Source of the DNA: a virus
DNA length: 35,725 nt
Virus record (IMG/VR): IMGVR_UViG_3300045988_127927
Span: 1-35,725 of that record
Direction: 5' to 3' (one strand)
Positions 1-10,210 of this stretch are shown in pieces; the first letter of the stretch is position 1; each line of letters starts with the position of its first letter. The position numbers and the translations under genes were made by a program. The notes below the pieces were generated by a model. The model saw only the letters and a list, made by a program, of their open reading frames with translations, was not told where the DNA came from and did no database searches.

Positions 1-55
1 ACCGGTAAAAACAATTGGGCTAATATTCACGCGGCCATTAAAACCGCGCCGCCCG
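1..55. repeat. 55-bp exact terminal duplication, copy 1 (circular-assembly overlap)
   Basis: Bases 1-55 (accggtaaaaacaattgggctaatattcac...ccgcgccgcccg) are identical to 35671-35725. Confidence 0.95.
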
Positions 56-300
56 GCTCACCTCTGCATATTGCGCAGGATCCCGATAACTGGGTGTGGG
101 GTTTGCCGTATTATGGCGAGCTTGTGAATATTTTTGACCTTTTGAGCATGGGCAACGCACAACGCACATTTGACCAAAAACAGGTCGATAAATGGACGCG
201 CCGCCCGCGCCCCGGCGACATTAAGGATAATGAGGAAGTCATTACGGGCGACGTAATGACTATCGAAGAATACAATAAGCTTTTTAATTCTGGGAATTAA
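1..300 (+). CDS. tail assembly chaperone, C-terminal part of the -1 frameshift product (gpT-like); continues from 35581-35670 across the circular junction
   Basis: The frame is open from base 1 to the TAA at 298-300. It is contiguous with the -1 frame downstream of the GGGAAAG slippery site at 35575-35581. It lies directly upstream of the tape measure gene. Confidence 0.8.
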   Translation, partial: TGKNNWANIHAAIKTAPPGSPLHIAQDPDNWVWGLPYYGELVNIFDLLSMGNAQRTFDQKQVDKWTRRPRPGDIKDNEEVITGDVMTIEEYNKLFNSGN

Positions 301-323
301 ATAGCGTATTTCATCTATGGAGG

Positions 324-3300
324 GTGGAAGTCTTGGCAGCAATCGAGCTAGCGACTAGTTATCTTACGCTTGCGGTGGAGACTTCCACCCTCTCAAAGCA
401 GGTTTCTAAGGCTCTTAGCGGTGTAGGCTCTATCGGTGCCCGCGCCGGTCGTGAGATTGGCGACGGCATGGCTAATGGCTTTAGCCAGACTAAAAACATT
501 GACATTGAGGGTCTACGCGCGAAGGTCGAGAGTGCAGACCGCGCCCTAGCACAGAGCGCGGATATCATGGCACGAAAGCGCGCGGCCGCCGCGTCCACCA
601 TCAAGCAGGCGCAGGAAAACGTTAGCGCGGCCATGTCTAAAACCGAGGCGGCTAACGCGCGTCTGGGTGCTGCTGAGAGCCGCCTAAACTCGCTTCGTGC
701 TAACGGCGGTAGTGCTGATGCTATCGCGCGTGCTGAGGCGGCGGTGCATAGCGCCCGTGCTAGTGTTTCGACGGCGACGAGCGGGATGTACGGCGCAGAA
801 CAGCGCCTTGTTTCGGCACGCGAGAAGTACACTTCTATTTCGCGCACCGCCGTTTCTCAGACTACCGCGCACGCGCAGGCTTTGAAGGCGGCTAAGGCTG
901 ACTTGCGCGAGGCTGAGGCGGCGACCGGCGCGCTGGGGGGTGCTACCGAGAAGGCAACCGGGCGTTTTGCTGGTTTCCGTAACGCTTTCTCCAAATCATT
1001 TAGCGGTCTACGCGGTACCGTAGACAAGAACATGCAAGAAGCGTTTAGCGGTGTAGCGGCGCAGGCTGAGCACGCCGGGCGTGAGAGCAGCGGCAGGTTT
1101 AAGAGCGCGTTTACTGGTACTATTGCCGCCGCCGGTGGTCTCTTTGCGGGCGTTGGTATTTTCAACGCGGGTAAGGACGCACTGTTTAAGGCGGGCGACC
1201 TTGAGCAGTCCGTAGGTGCGGTTGATGCCGTGTTCAAGGGCTCCGCTGACAAGATGCACGCTTACGCTGACGCGGCATCGGATACCGTCGGTATCTCCAA
1301 GAACGCCTACAACGAACTGGCTAGCGTGCTTGGTGCAAGCTTGAAGAACGGCGGTACGAGCATTGACGAACTAGGCGACAAGACTAACAGCCTTATCGGT
1401 CTTGGTGCTGATTTGGCGTCCCTGTACGGCGGCACCACGAAAGATGCAATTGATGCTATCAGCTCCGCTCTTCGTGGTGAAATGGATCCTATCGAGCGCT
1501 ACGGTATTTCATTGAATGATGCCGCGCTTACCGCTAAGGGTCTAGAGATGGGCATCACTAAGACCGGCGGTGCGTTCACGACTCAGCAGAAGCAGCTAAT
1601 CACTCAAGCGCTGTTGTTCGAGCAGTCTAAGGATGCTCAGGGCAACTTTGCGAAGGAGTCGGATACTTTCGCCCATAAAATGCAGGTGGCTAACGCGCGC
1701 CTGGAGGACATGAGTACTAAAATTGGTGGTGCTATTCTTCCTGTCGTCGTTAAAATTATGGACGTTTTCGGTAAGGCTCTTTCCCCGGTTTTGACTGAGG
1801 TTAGCGGCGGCTTTACCGCATTTGGTGCGGCCTGGGAAAAGTTCGACGGCGATATTACGAGCGCGGGTTTTCCTGGTTTCATGGAGGGCGCGGCATTTGT
1901 CGCGCGTAATGTCTGGGAAACGATTAAAAACGCTTTCCAGAATGGAATTATTCCGCTATTCCGTGACCATGTAATGCCCGTACTAGATACCGTCGGTACG
2001 GCGTTCATGGACTTTTTCAAGGGCATTTACGGTTTTCAGGATTACGGCGAACCGGTCAGTGTTTTTAATCAGATTGGCGGCGCTATCCGTGATATCGGTA
2101 AGTGGCTTGTCGAAAATGTGGGCTTGTGGGCACCTTTTGCCGCCGGTATTACGGCAGCGTTTACCGCATGGAGCACTTATCAGAAAACTATTACCCTGGT
2201 TAAGGTTGCGCAGGAGGCGCTAAACAAGGCATCGGCGGCATTTAGCAAGACTAACGTTATTTTGGTCGTTATTGGCTTGATTGTCGGCGGCCTGATTTTG
2301 GCGTATAACAAAATCGGCTGGTTTAAGGATTTTGTAGACAATTCAATTAAGGTTATCGGCGACGTTTTTGTTTGGCTGTATGAAAATGCGGTAAAGCCCG
2401 CGTTTGAATGGATCGTCGAGGCAATTAAGGGCGTAATTGATTGGTGGAATACCTCTTTTGTGCCCGCTTTCAATGAAGGCGTAAAAATTGTTGGCGACGT
2501 TTTCAACTGGCTGTACGAGAACATTGTTAAGCCGGTATTCGAGGGCGTAAAGGGCGCAATTGAAGGCGTTGTTGATTGGTGGAACACTTCGTTTGTTCCG
2601 GCGTTTGACGCGGGCGTTAGGGCTGTCGGTGCTGTTTTTGAGTGGCTTTACAATAATGTTGTTCAGCCGGTTTGGACGGCTATTAAAACCGTTATCGCGG
2701 TCGTTATTGCTGTTATCCTTACCATTTTCGACGGTTTGAAGGCTGTCGTTGAGAATGTTCTAGCACCTATTTTCAAGTGGCTGTACGAGAATATTATTAT
2801 TCCGGTCTGGAATGGAATTAAGGATATTATTTCTGGTTTCCTGGACTGGTTTAATAACACGCTTGTGCCCGCCGTGAAAACCGTTATTGATATTCTGGGT
2901 AATATCTTTAATTGGCTCCGTGATAACGTCGTCATGCCCGTGTGGAATGGCATTAAGGGCATTATTGACGGCGTTGTTCAGTGGTTCAATAACACCGTAG
3001 CGCCGCTATTCCAGACCGCATCTAATATTATTGGCGACATTTTTAAATGGCTGTGGAATAACGTTGTTTCCCCGGTTTGGGAAAACATTCGCCGTGGTAT
3101 TGATGTTGTCGTGCAGTGGTACAGCGGCGTTGTGCAGCCGCTTATTAAGTCGGTTACGGACGCTATCGGCTCTGTATTCCGCTGGCTGTACGATAATGTT
3201 GTTAAGCCCGTCTGGGATTCGATTCAGAATGTCATCAGGGCGTTTACCGACTACTTTAACGGCGTTATTTTCCCGGCGATTAAGGCTACTATTGACGCTA

Positions 3301-4814
3301 TTTCTTCGGCGTTCCGCTGGTTGCTGGATAACGTGGTACGCCCGGTATGGGACGGTATTCAGAGCGTCATTAGGGGCGTGTGGGAAAACGGAATTAAGCC
3401 CGTATTTGACGCGCTTACTAATTTCGTTACCCGTACTATTCCCGACGCTTTCCGTAACGCGGTGGACGCTATCGGTCGTTTCTGGAATGGCATTGTTGAT
3501 GTTGTGAAGCAGCCGGTTAAGTGGGTTTTGCAGACCGTCGTTAATGATGGTTTTATCCGTAACTTTAATAACCTTGCAGGCACTTTCAACATTGGTAAAA
3601 TTCCTGAGATTAACCTCTCAGGTTGGGCAACCGGTGGTTATACCGGTAAGGGCGGCAAATATGAGCCCGCCGGTATTGTCCACCGTGACGAGTTCGTCAT
3701 TAGGAAAGAGGCGCGGCAGCGTTTCGAGAGGGAAAATCCCGGCGTTCTGGATCATCTGAACCGTACCGGTGAACTACCGGCGGCCTCGCTGGTTGGTGCT
3801 AGTGCGCCGCGTGTCGGTGAATCCTACGCCGCGCCGTTCGGTGTGCGTGATAGCCGCGTGCCCGGCTTCGATATCGGCGGCGTGATATCCGACGCTATTA
3901 ACACTGGTGTAAATGTTGTAAATGCTGGTGTAAATGCTGTACGTGAGCTTGCAGGCACGGCGGCGGGTAAGGTTCTGGACGTGGCTATCACCCCGGCTAA
4001 GAACCTCATTGCTGGTATCGCTGGTTTGTTCCCCGGCTACGCGGGCGACGTGATGCGCGGCGGCGGTGACGCGATTCTCGACGGCGCTAAGAACTGGGTT
4101 GTTGAGAAGCTCAAGGGCAAGGACGAGCACGGCAGGGACGCGGCAAGCGCTCACGCCGTGGCCCCGTCCGGCGGCGGCGTGATGCGCTGGCGTGATACCG
4201 TCGTGCAGGCGCTGGGTATCGCCGGTTTGCCCGCTACCGACGCTTATATCAATGCGTGGTTGAGCCAGATTCAGAGTGAATCTAACGGTGACCCGAACGT
4301 TACACAGAGCGGGTATGTCGATATCAACACGATTACCGGCGATTTGGCTATGGGTCTGGTTCAGGTTATCGGTGCGACGTTCGCCGCGTTCCGTGACCCG
4401 TCGTTGCCTAATAACCGTTTGGATCCGCTGGCTAACCTGGTTGCGGGTATGCGCTACGCTACCGCGCGCTACGGTTTCGGCGGGCAGTTGGGGGTTATCG
4501 GTCATGGCCACGGCTATAGCGGCGGCGGTCTAGTGAATGGTTCTACCGCGTTTAAAAACGCGATTGTTCCTTCTCTTTATGACCGAGGCGGTAAAATTAA
4601 GCAGGGTGTGCAGGTGATTGACCATCGCCGCGCTACCCCTGATTACGTGCTGACCGATAGCCAGTGGAAGACCATGTATTCTATTGCGAACCACACGGCA
4701 CAGAGCACGACTAACGCCGGTATTACTATCGGCAACGTCTACGGTCTGGATGCCGTGGACGTGGCAGAGGAGATTATGAAGAGGAAGCGTCGAGAGGAGC
4801 TACTGAGTGCCTGA
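324..4814 (+). CDS. tape measure protein (1496 aa) with C-terminal lytic transglycosylase (SLT-like) domain
   Basis: It is the largest ORF and sits after the chaperone pair. The N-terminus is Ala-rich coiled coil and there are hydrophobic central segments and W-rich 45-aa repeats. The motif WLSQIQSESNGDPNVTQSGYVDINTITGDLAMGLVQV (about nt 4250-4370) resembles an SLT/lysozyme-like catalytic region. Confidence 0.95.
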   Translation: MEVLAAIELATSYLTLAVETSTLSKQVSKALSGVGSIGARAGREIGDGMANGFSQTKNIDIEGLRAKVESADRALAQSADIMARKRAAAASTIKQAQENVSAAMSKTEAANARLGAAESRLNSLRANGGSADAIARAEAAVHSARASVSTATSGMYGAEQRLVSAREKYTSISRTAVSQTTAHAQALKAAKADLREAEAATGALGGATEKATGRFAGFRNAFSKSFSGLRGTVDKNMQEAFSGVAAQAEHAGRESSGRFKSAFTGTIAAAGGLFAGVGIFNAGKDALFKAGDLEQSVGAVDAVFKGSADKMHAYADAASDTVGISKNAYNELASVLGASLKNGGTSIDELGDKTNSLIGLGADLASLYGGTTKDAIDAISSALRGEMDPIERYGISLNDAALTAKGLEMGITKTGGAFTTQQKQLITQALLFEQSKDAQGNFAKESDTFAHKMQVANARLEDMSTKIGGAILPVVVKIMDVFGKALSPVLTEVSGGFTAFGAAWEKFDGDITSAGFPGFMEGAAFVARNVWETIKNAFQNGIIPLFRDHVMPVLDTVGTAFMDFFKGIYGFQDYGEPVSVFNQIGGAIRDIGKWLVENVGLWAPFAAGITAAFTAWSTYQKTITLVKVAQEALNKASAAFSKTNVILVVIGLIVGGLILAYNKIGWFKDFVDNSIKVIGDVFVWLYENAVKPAFEWIVEAIKGVIDWWNTSFVPAFNEGVKIVGDVFNWLYENIVKPVFEGVKGAIEGVVDWWNTSFVPAFDAGVRAVGAVFEWLYNNVVQPVWTAIKTVIAVVIAVILTIFDGLKAVVENVLAPIFKWLYENIIIPVWNGIKDIISGFLDWFNNTLVPAVKTVIDILGNIFNWLRDNVVMPVWNGIKGIIDGVVQWFNNTVAPLFQTASNIIGDIFKWLWNNVVSPVWENIRRGIDVVVQWYSGVVQPLIKSVTDAIGSVFRWLYDNVVKPVWDSIQNVIRAFTDYFNGVIFPAIKATIDAISSAFRWLLDNVVRPVWDGIQSVIRGVWENGIKPVFDALTNFVTRTIPDAFRNAVDAIGRFWNGIVDVVKQPVKWVLQTVVNDGFIRNFNNLAGTFNIGKIPEINLSGWATGGYTGKGGKYEPAGIVHRDEFVIRKEARQRFERENPGVLDHLNRTGELPAASLVGASAPRVGESYAAPFGVRDSRVPGFDIGGVISDAINTGVNVVNAGVNAVRELAGTAAGKVLDVAITPAKNLIAGIAGLFPGYAGDVMRGGGDAILDGAKNWVVEKLKGKDEHGRDAASAHAVAPSGGGVMRWRDTVVQALGIAGLPATDAYINAWLSQIQSESNGDPNVTQSGYVDINTITGDLAMGLVQVIGATFAAFRDPSLPNNRLDPLANLVAGMRYATARYGFGGQLGVIGHGHGYSGGGLVNGSTAFKNAIVPSLYDRGGKIKQGVQVIDHRRATPDYVLTDSQWKTMYSIANHTAQSTTNAGITIGNVYGLDAVDVAEEIMKRKRREELLSA
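2346..3425 (+). repeat. eight exactly phased 135-nt (45-aa) tandem repeats inside the tape measure gene
   Basis: Units start at 2346, 2481, 2616, 2751, 2886, 3021, 3156 and 3291. Each has the pattern x-G-D/N-hFxWLY(E/D)N-VV-P-VW..I...I..VV.W(W/F)N..V.P with Trp at codon 10. A further degenerate unit follows to about 3500. Confidence 0.85.
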
Positions 4815-5730
4815 CATGAGCAAACCCGCCCCTACGCTGTATTTGCACGCGGGCGGTCTGGACGGCGAAGTTTTTAACTTTTCCTCAGTGGCGACTACGG
4901 CGTTTACCGCGCTAGAGGGTTTGGACGGTTTCGGTATCCCTGAGCCTGACTGGCGCACGGTGCAGCGGAACGACGGCGGCGGCTCTTATGTGCGTTCGCT
5001 CCGGTTGAAAGAGCGTGAACTGTTTATCCCGCTCATGATTTGGGGTGAAAGCCAGGCGGAATGTCTCGCTAATTGGGATGCACTGGTAGCGGCTATGAAT
5101 CCCCGGGTAGGTGAATCGTCCGTGCTGGAGGTTCGCCGCCCGGGGCAAGCCCCGCGCTTTATAAACGTCGTTTATAAATCTGGTCTGGGTGGTAATTTCG
5201 GCAATGACTTTAGGGGCTGGCACTATAAGGTAGGGCTAACCCTAATTGCTCATGATCCGTATTTCTGGGAATCTGACCAAATGCTCAGCTGGAATGTGCG
5301 AGGCGACTACAAGCCGTTTATTAGCGGCGGCGAAATGGTGAAGACACACAAGTTTTTCCCCGTGATTCTGTCGCCGTCCGTGGTGAACGGTTCCCGTGAG
5401 ATTACGATTAGCGGGGATGTGGATTCAGCCCCTATCTGGCAGATTACCGGCGCGGTAACGGATGTTCGAGTAACCAACGTAGAAACCGGTGAGTCGTTCA
5501 GCATCACGGGCAGCATTGCGCCGGGCGAGACTGTCACGATTGATACTACGGTGTTAGACATTTATTCACAGAATGACCGTTCGGGTAATCTCTGGGATAG
5601 GCTAACCACGGATTCTACGCTATTCCGTCTAGGTACTGGCAGGCACACTATCAAGGTGACCGGCTCCGGCATGGACGAGCGTTCAGAAATTGCGTTGATT
5701 TATAAGCCCCGCTACGTGAAGGGAATCTAA
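4807..5730 (+). CDS. distal tail protein (Dit-like)
   Basis: Sits immediately after the TMP. The GTG at 4807 lies 7 nt after GAGGAG and overlaps the TMP stop; an alternative ATG is at 4816. Size (307 aa) and position are typical of siphovirus Dit. Confidence 0.65.
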   Translation: MPDMSKPAPTLYLHAGGLDGEVFNFSSVATTAFTALEGLDGFGIPEPDWRTVQRNDGGGSYVRSLRLKERELFIPLMIWGESQAECLANWDALVAAMNPRVGESSVLEVRRPGQAPRFINVVYKSGLGGNFGNDFRGWHYKVGLTLIAHDPYFWESDQMLSWNVRGDYKPFISGGEMVKTHKFFPVILSPSVVNGSREITISGDVDSAPIWQITGAVTDVRVTNVETGESFSITGSIAPGETVTIDTTVLDIYSQNDRSGNLWDRLTTDSTLFRLGTGRHTIKVTGSGMDERSEIALIYKPRYVKGI

Positions 5731-5735
5731 ACCGA

Positions 5736-6839
5736 ATGTCCGTTCAGGTTTTGATGAGGGATGAGAATTACCGCCCGCGCGGTTTCCTCATCGCGTCCAA
5801 GGTCGAGATGATGCGCCGTCTCAACCGACCGGACACGTTCATAGTGAATGTGTCGGCAGAGTCGGCGCAGCAGGCGACCCGTCTACGCGAGGGTTGGGGG
5901 CTGGTGGTGCAGGACGGTGATTTTAAGGTGTCCGGTGTAATTACGCAGTTCTTCCGTACGGCCAAAGATAATAATCTTGAGGTTGAGGTGACGTGTACCT
6001 CTGAATTGGTGTTCCTTGGTGACCGTCTCACGTATCCAGACCCGGCGCATGAGGAGACTCAGCAGCAGGCCGCCCGCTGGAAGGAACGCGGCGCGGCTGA
6101 GACGGTCATTAAGAATCTTGTCGCTAAAAATCTTGGTGTCGAGGCTCTGGAGTCCCGCCGTATCCCTGGGTTTGCGGTTGCGCCGTCTCAGGGGCGCGGG
6201 GGTGATGCCTCCGTGGACACGCGCCTAAAAAACTTGCTGGATGTGTTGGAGCCGCTGGCGACCGGCGGCGGGTTGCGAATGAACGTTCAGTTTCAACCGG
6301 GCGCGCTGGTCTTCGACACGATCCCAACCCGTAACATATCGCGCCGCGTCCGCCTATCCTGGGTTTCCGGTGAGGTCATCGGTTGGGAAATGACCGACCG
6401 CGCCCCGTCCGTGACCGCCGTTATTGTCGGTGGACAGGGTGAAGGTGTAGACCGTCGCCTAGACTCTAGGCAGCGTCTCGATTCGTGGGGGCGGCGCATC
6501 GAGATTTTCAAAGACCGACGCGATACCGACGAAGCGGACGCGCTGGAAAAGACGGCAAATGAGGAGCTGGATAAGGGCATCTCAGAGCGCATTATGAAGG
6601 TCACCGTACAAGAGAGTGACACGCGAAAATTTGGTGTAGCGTTTGATGTTGGAGACACTATCACGCTTGACGTAGCACCAAATGTCACCCCTTATGATTC
6701 GCGCGTCGTGGAGGCTAAAATTATGTGGAGCGAGAATACGCGTACCGTCGAGCTAACCGCCGGTGCGCTTGATCTGACGCTCTCACAGGAACGTATCGAG
6801 CGGTTGCGCCGTGAAATTGCGCAGCTGGCAACCGTCTAA
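5736..6839 (+). CDS. minor tail protein, tail tip/hub-like (possibly siphovirus Gp37-like family)
   Basis: 367-aa ORF directly after Dit, tightly packed. The family assignment rests on position and size only. Confidence 0.5.
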   Translation: MSVQVLMRDENYRPRGFLIASKVEMMRRLNRPDTFIVNVSAESAQQATRLREGWGLVVQDGDFKVSGVITQFFRTAKDNNLEVEVTCTSELVFLGDRLTYPDPAHEETQQQAARWKERGAAETVIKNLVAKNLGVEALESRRIPGFAVAPSQGRGGDASVDTRLKNLLDVLEPLATGGGLRMNVQFQPGALVFDTIPTRNISRRVRLSWVSGEVIGWEMTDRAPSVTAVIVGGQGEGVDRRLDSRQRLDSWGRRIEIFKDRRDTDEADALEKTANEELDKGISERIMKVTVQESDTRKFGVAFDVGDTITLDVAPNVTPYDSRVVEAKIMWSENTRTVELTAGALDLTLSQERIERLRREIAQLATV

Positions 6840-6855
6840 GAAGGAGGGCGAAAAC

Positions 6856-7884
6856 ATGGCAGATGAACGCATCATTACGGGCGTGCGCACCGTAGAAGAA
6901 TCTTTCCCCGTAGTTAATAAGCCACTAACGGGTGAGCAGTGGAGTAGTGTTACTACGGCTTTCGGTAATGGCACCATCGACGAAGGAACCGGCGATTACC
7001 GCGTAATCCTGGACAATGCATCTAATACGGTGTCGGTCGAGCCGCCCTCCCAAGCGAGCTTTGTTCATGCTACGGTTGGGGGATATTATCACCGCGTTTA
7101 CGGGCGTGTTACGCTCCCGTGCCCGCCGGTCACCACCACCACCACCTATATTTTGGCTATCGTGCTAGACCCGCTCCGACAGGCAACCGAGCCGGTCAAG
7201 CTGGAGCTATTTAAGGCACCTATCACGTATTCCGGTGGACGTAAATATGTGGTGCTTGCTGAGATTACGCGCCGCCCGAATGAGCTTCTTTCACAGGCGA
7301 CGGTGAAGATGAAGAAGCCGAGCATTGCCCCTACGATCACGGTTCAGGAAGTGGCCGGTCTACCGGACGCGAAAACGCAGCCTTTCGGGACTATGGCCTA
7401 CGTGAATAGCGAACGTTCGCTTTATCGCCGTTCCGCTGTTGGTGGTTCCGGTGATGTGTGGGCGCGCGTTATTGGTGCACGTCAGACCCCGGTTCTGGGT
7501 ATGCCCGGCTGGTCTCTGGCACCTATTTCACCGAATAACGCGGGCATTATTACTACCCCTATTACCGAGGGCTTCTATTGCCAGTTCTCCGGTATCTTGC
7601 GCCGTGAAGCGTTCGATTACACGGTGGGCTGGGAAATGTCTAACCTGGGTGTGCTCATTCCTGAACCGCTCCGTACCAAGACGTACCGTGAAACTATTTT
7701 CCCCGCGTTCTGGAACACTAGGGCATCGGGTGTTTTCCCGTTGATCTGTCGTATTCAGTTCCGCACGGGTGAAATTCATGTGCGAGCAAATAACAGTACC
7801 CCTATCCCGTTCGAGCGCGGCGGTGAGCTGCATATCCCGGCGGTGTCGTGGGTTGCGGACAAGTCAAATATCATTGATTGGTGA
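6856..7884 (+). CDS. minor tail protein
   Basis: The ATG at 6856 is preceded by AAGGAGGG (6841-6848). The track ORF starting at 6811 is an upstream extension overlapping the previous gene. Confidence 0.6.
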   Translation: MADERIITGVRTVEESFPVVNKPLTGEQWSSVTTAFGNGTIDEGTGDYRVILDNASNTVSVEPPSQASFVHATVGGYYHRVYGRVTLPCPPVTTTTTYILAIVLDPLRQATEPVKLELFKAPITYSGGRKYVVLAEITRRPNELLSQATVKMKKPSIAPTITVQEVAGLPDAKTQPFGTMAYVNSERSLYRRSAVGGSGDVWARVIGARQTPVLGMPGWSLAPISPNNAGIITTPITEGFYCQFSGILRREAFDYTVGWEMSNLGVLIPEPLRTKTYRETIFPAFWNTRASGVFPLICRIQFRTGEIHVRANNSTPIPFERGGELHIPAVSWVADKSNIIDW

Positions 7885-7893
7885 TGATGAATT

Positions 7894-8256
7894 ATGGCTA
7901 AGATTACGGCGCGGTTCAGCACGCCCGGCGGCAAACCGTACCGGGGGCGCGTGATTTTCTCCCCCCTGGCAGACGTGGTTCTAGGAGCGCGTGGCGACCG
8001 CGTAAACATTCTGGTTGGTGACTTCGAGGCACCGCTAGACTCTACCGGCTTCTTCTCGATTGACCTACCCCCGGGCGAGTACACGGCAAAATTTAAAATT
8101 GATAATGCGGATAGCGGGCAGGTGGGAAAGATTCGGGACGTACTAATCACGGTGAAGGGTGATTCTACCCTAGCGGATTTGATAGCGCCGCCCGCCGCGC
8201 CCGCCGGGGCTATCCGAGTAAACGAACGAGACCTAGAACGTGGAGTGATTGCATAA
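7894..8256 (+). CDS. small minor tail protein (120 aa)
   Basis: Lies in the tail operon. The N-terminal motif ARFSTPGGKPYRGRVIFSP resembles AKFATFQDGHTPVGTVEFVP at the start of the 9692 gene. Confidence 0.55.
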   Translation: MAKITARFSTPGGKPYRGRVIFSPLADVVLGARGDRVNILVGDFEAPLDSTGFFSIDLPPGEYTAKFKIDNADSGQVGKIRDVLITVKGDSTLADLIAPPAAPAGAIRVNERDLERGVIA

Positions 8257-8257
8257 C

Positions 8258-9691
8258 ATGGCACGATATGGCGATATTGTCCTAGTGACACTGGACGAGA
8301 ACAACGAGCTAGAGGGTGACGCGCTAAAGCACGTCGAGCGTGTGGCAGAGCGTGCCGCCGCTACCGCCGCCGCGTCTAAGCTGGACGCTACCGCGTTTGC
8401 TGATTATGTTGCGCAGGCGCAGGCGCGCGGTACTGTCGCGCCGGTCGAGAATCGTAGTGCGTCCCTGAACGCGGTCACTGAATTTAATGCAGATCCGACC
8501 GGTTCGGTGGATTCTACGGCGGCGATTAATCGCGCGATTCAGCAGGCGGCAGAGCGCGGCGGCGGCACCGTTCATCTGCCGGCTGGCACTTATAAGGTGT
8601 CCTATCCCTTTATCGAGCTGTTGGGCTCTGTTCACTTGCAGGGCGCGGGTCGAGAGTCCACCACTCTGTTTGTTGATACCGCTGTGCCGGTTCCGGTGAA
8701 GACCGCCGCTATTCACGCGGGCAATTATGACGAGCCGCGCCGTGGCACCGGAAATATCCTCATGGGTGTTAGCGACCTTTTCATCAAGCCTGAGTATCCG
8801 CTCCGTGAGCACACTAGCAATATCCCCGCTAATGTCGGCGGCATTGTTTTTCACACTGAGCTAGGGGTGAATCCGCATGAACCGGACGGGGCGCACCGCA
8901 TCGAGAACGTCATTATCTGGGATATGGCGTTTGGTATCGCGCTGTTTGGTCTGGATGACCAAGCGTGCCAGGTGCGTAACGTGCGTGTTCGTCGTACCCG
9001 TGAATTTGGTGTGTGCGTGGGTAAGCCGCTGGAGCACACACGCGCTAAGGTGGACGGTAAGCGCGAGACCGGCGCGGGCGACAATATCCTAGACGCGGTG
9101 GACGTGTCCGGCGCGAATATTAGCGGCGAGGGGTTCGCCGGTATCGAGTGCTATACGACTAATACTACGTTTACCGCGTGCAAGTCTTGGTACAACCGCC
9201 GTAGCAGTAGCGGCGTAGAGGGTGCTAAGGGTTCCATCTGGGATACCAAGGGCACCAATGCAGAGCACCCGCACGCCCCTATCAAGAACGGCGCGGGCTT
9301 CTATGTCCACGGTGGACGCAATATTTTCACAGGATGTACGGCGCAGGAGAACGGGGGCCACGGTTTCGCCCTGGTTGGTACCGCTAATCAGGTTGTCGGT
9401 TGCCGCGCCGCGTCTAGTTCATGGTGGGATACGTCCGGTAAGGCACCCAATAGCGCAGCTGATTTTTTCGTCGCAAACTGGGCATGGGGGCTAGTCATGA
9501 CCGGTAACATCGCACAGTCCGAATACGGCGAGAAGACCGGCGCGCGCTACGGCTATTTCTTCGAGTCATGGGGACATGACATTATCGCCCGTGGTAATGC
9601 CGCTATTGCACAGCCTACCGCGCTAAAGGCGGGTAGTATGGGTAAGAACGTGATTATTGAAGTCAATCAGGAAACCGTGAAGGGGGCATAA
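8258..9691 (+). CDS. tailspike-like protein with pectate-lyase-type right-handed beta-helix (putative polysaccharide depolymerase)
   Basis: The motif FNADPTGSVDSTAAINRAIQQAAERGGGTVHLPAGTYKV is the characteristic N-terminal signature of the pectate_lyase_3 / glycosidase beta-helix family. The ATG at 8258 follows the upstream TAA (8254-8256). Confidence 0.75.
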   Translation: MARYGDIVLVTLDENNELEGDALKHVERVAERAAATAAASKLDATAFADYVAQAQARGTVAPVENRSASLNAVTEFNADPTGSVDSTAAINRAIQQAAERGGGTVHLPAGTYKVSYPFIELLGSVHLQGAGRESTTLFVDTAVPVPVKTAAIHAGNYDEPRRGTGNILMGVSDLFIKPEYPLREHTSNIPANVGGIVFHTELGVNPHEPDGAHRIENVIIWDMAFGIALFGLDDQACQVRNVRVRRTREFGVCVGKPLEHTRAKVDGKRETGAGDNILDAVDVSGANISGEGFAGIECYTTNTTFTACKSWYNRRSSSGVEGAKGSIWDTKGTNAEHPHAPIKNGAGFYVHGGRNIFTGCTAQENGGHGFALVGTANQVVGCRAASSSWWDTSGKAPNSAADFFVANWAWGLVMTGNIAQSEYGEKTGARYGYFFESWGHDIIARGNAAIAQPTALKAGSMGKNVIIEVNQETVKGA

Positions 9692-10207
9692 ATGGCGTTG
9701 AGTTATGGCCGCGTTGTGGCTAAGTTTGCGACATTTCAGGATGGGCACACGCCCGTAGGTACGGTCGAGTTTGTGCCGTCTGATTGGGTGACTGATAGCG
9801 GAATCATTCACAGCCCCGCGCCGGTTATCGGCTGGGTGCGTGAAGATGGGCAGCTCTACGGTTCCGAGAAGGCTTACGCCTCCGAGACCCCCGGCGTGAA
9901 GTTGCTTGTTTCCGACCCTAAGCACCCGGCGCGGTACACGGCAACCCCGCGCCTGTATGATCCGGTGACAGGCGCGAGTATTCCAGCCCGTGCGTTCGAG
10001 TTCGAGATTAGGGCAGGCGCTACCGGCGAGATGGTGGAAGACCCGAGCGGCGGCGTTCGCGTTATCTCATCTAATGATGGTTTGTGGACTCTTGAGGTAC
10101 CGGCGGGTGCGTCTATCGTCGCCGTTGGTGATGGTCGATACGAAGCGCGCGGCCTATCTGTCGCCGCCGGCAATGATGGTTCCTGGGTGATTGGAAAGGA
10201 AGGCTAA
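9692..10207 (+). CDS. minor tail protein (171 aa)
   Basis: The ATG abuts the upstream stop. The N-terminus resembles that of the 7894 gene. Confidence 0.55.
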   Translation: MALSYGRVVAKFATFQDGHTPVGTVEFVPSDWVTDSGIIHSPAPVIGWVREDGQLYGSEKAYASETPGVKLLVSDPKHPARYTATPRLYDPVTGASIPARAFEFEIRAGATGEMVEDPSGGVRVISSNDGLWTLEVPAGASIVAVGDGRYEARGLSVAAGNDGSWVIGKEG

Positions 10208-10210
10208 ATC

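Noticed and set aside
1-55. Physical direct terminal repeat of the virion DNA
   Set aside because: The repeat interrupts a coding frame mid-gene. Its length equals a common assembler k-mer. A much better candidate for genome ends exists next to the HNH and terminase genes. Read-end data would be needed to settle this.
58-342. 94-aa minus-strand ORF at the start of the window
   Set aside because: It is antisense to the open -1 frame extension of the tail assembly chaperone and to the TMP start. It has no RBS, and the + strand reading is fully explained.
3774-4511. 245-aa minus-strand ORF (and other long antisense ORFs at 359-847, 857-1252 and 2180-2587)
   Set aside because: All lie inside the 1496-aa tape measure gene. 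In GC-rich DNA the antisense frame is often open, and the translations are Arg/Ala/Thr-rich low-complexity sequence.
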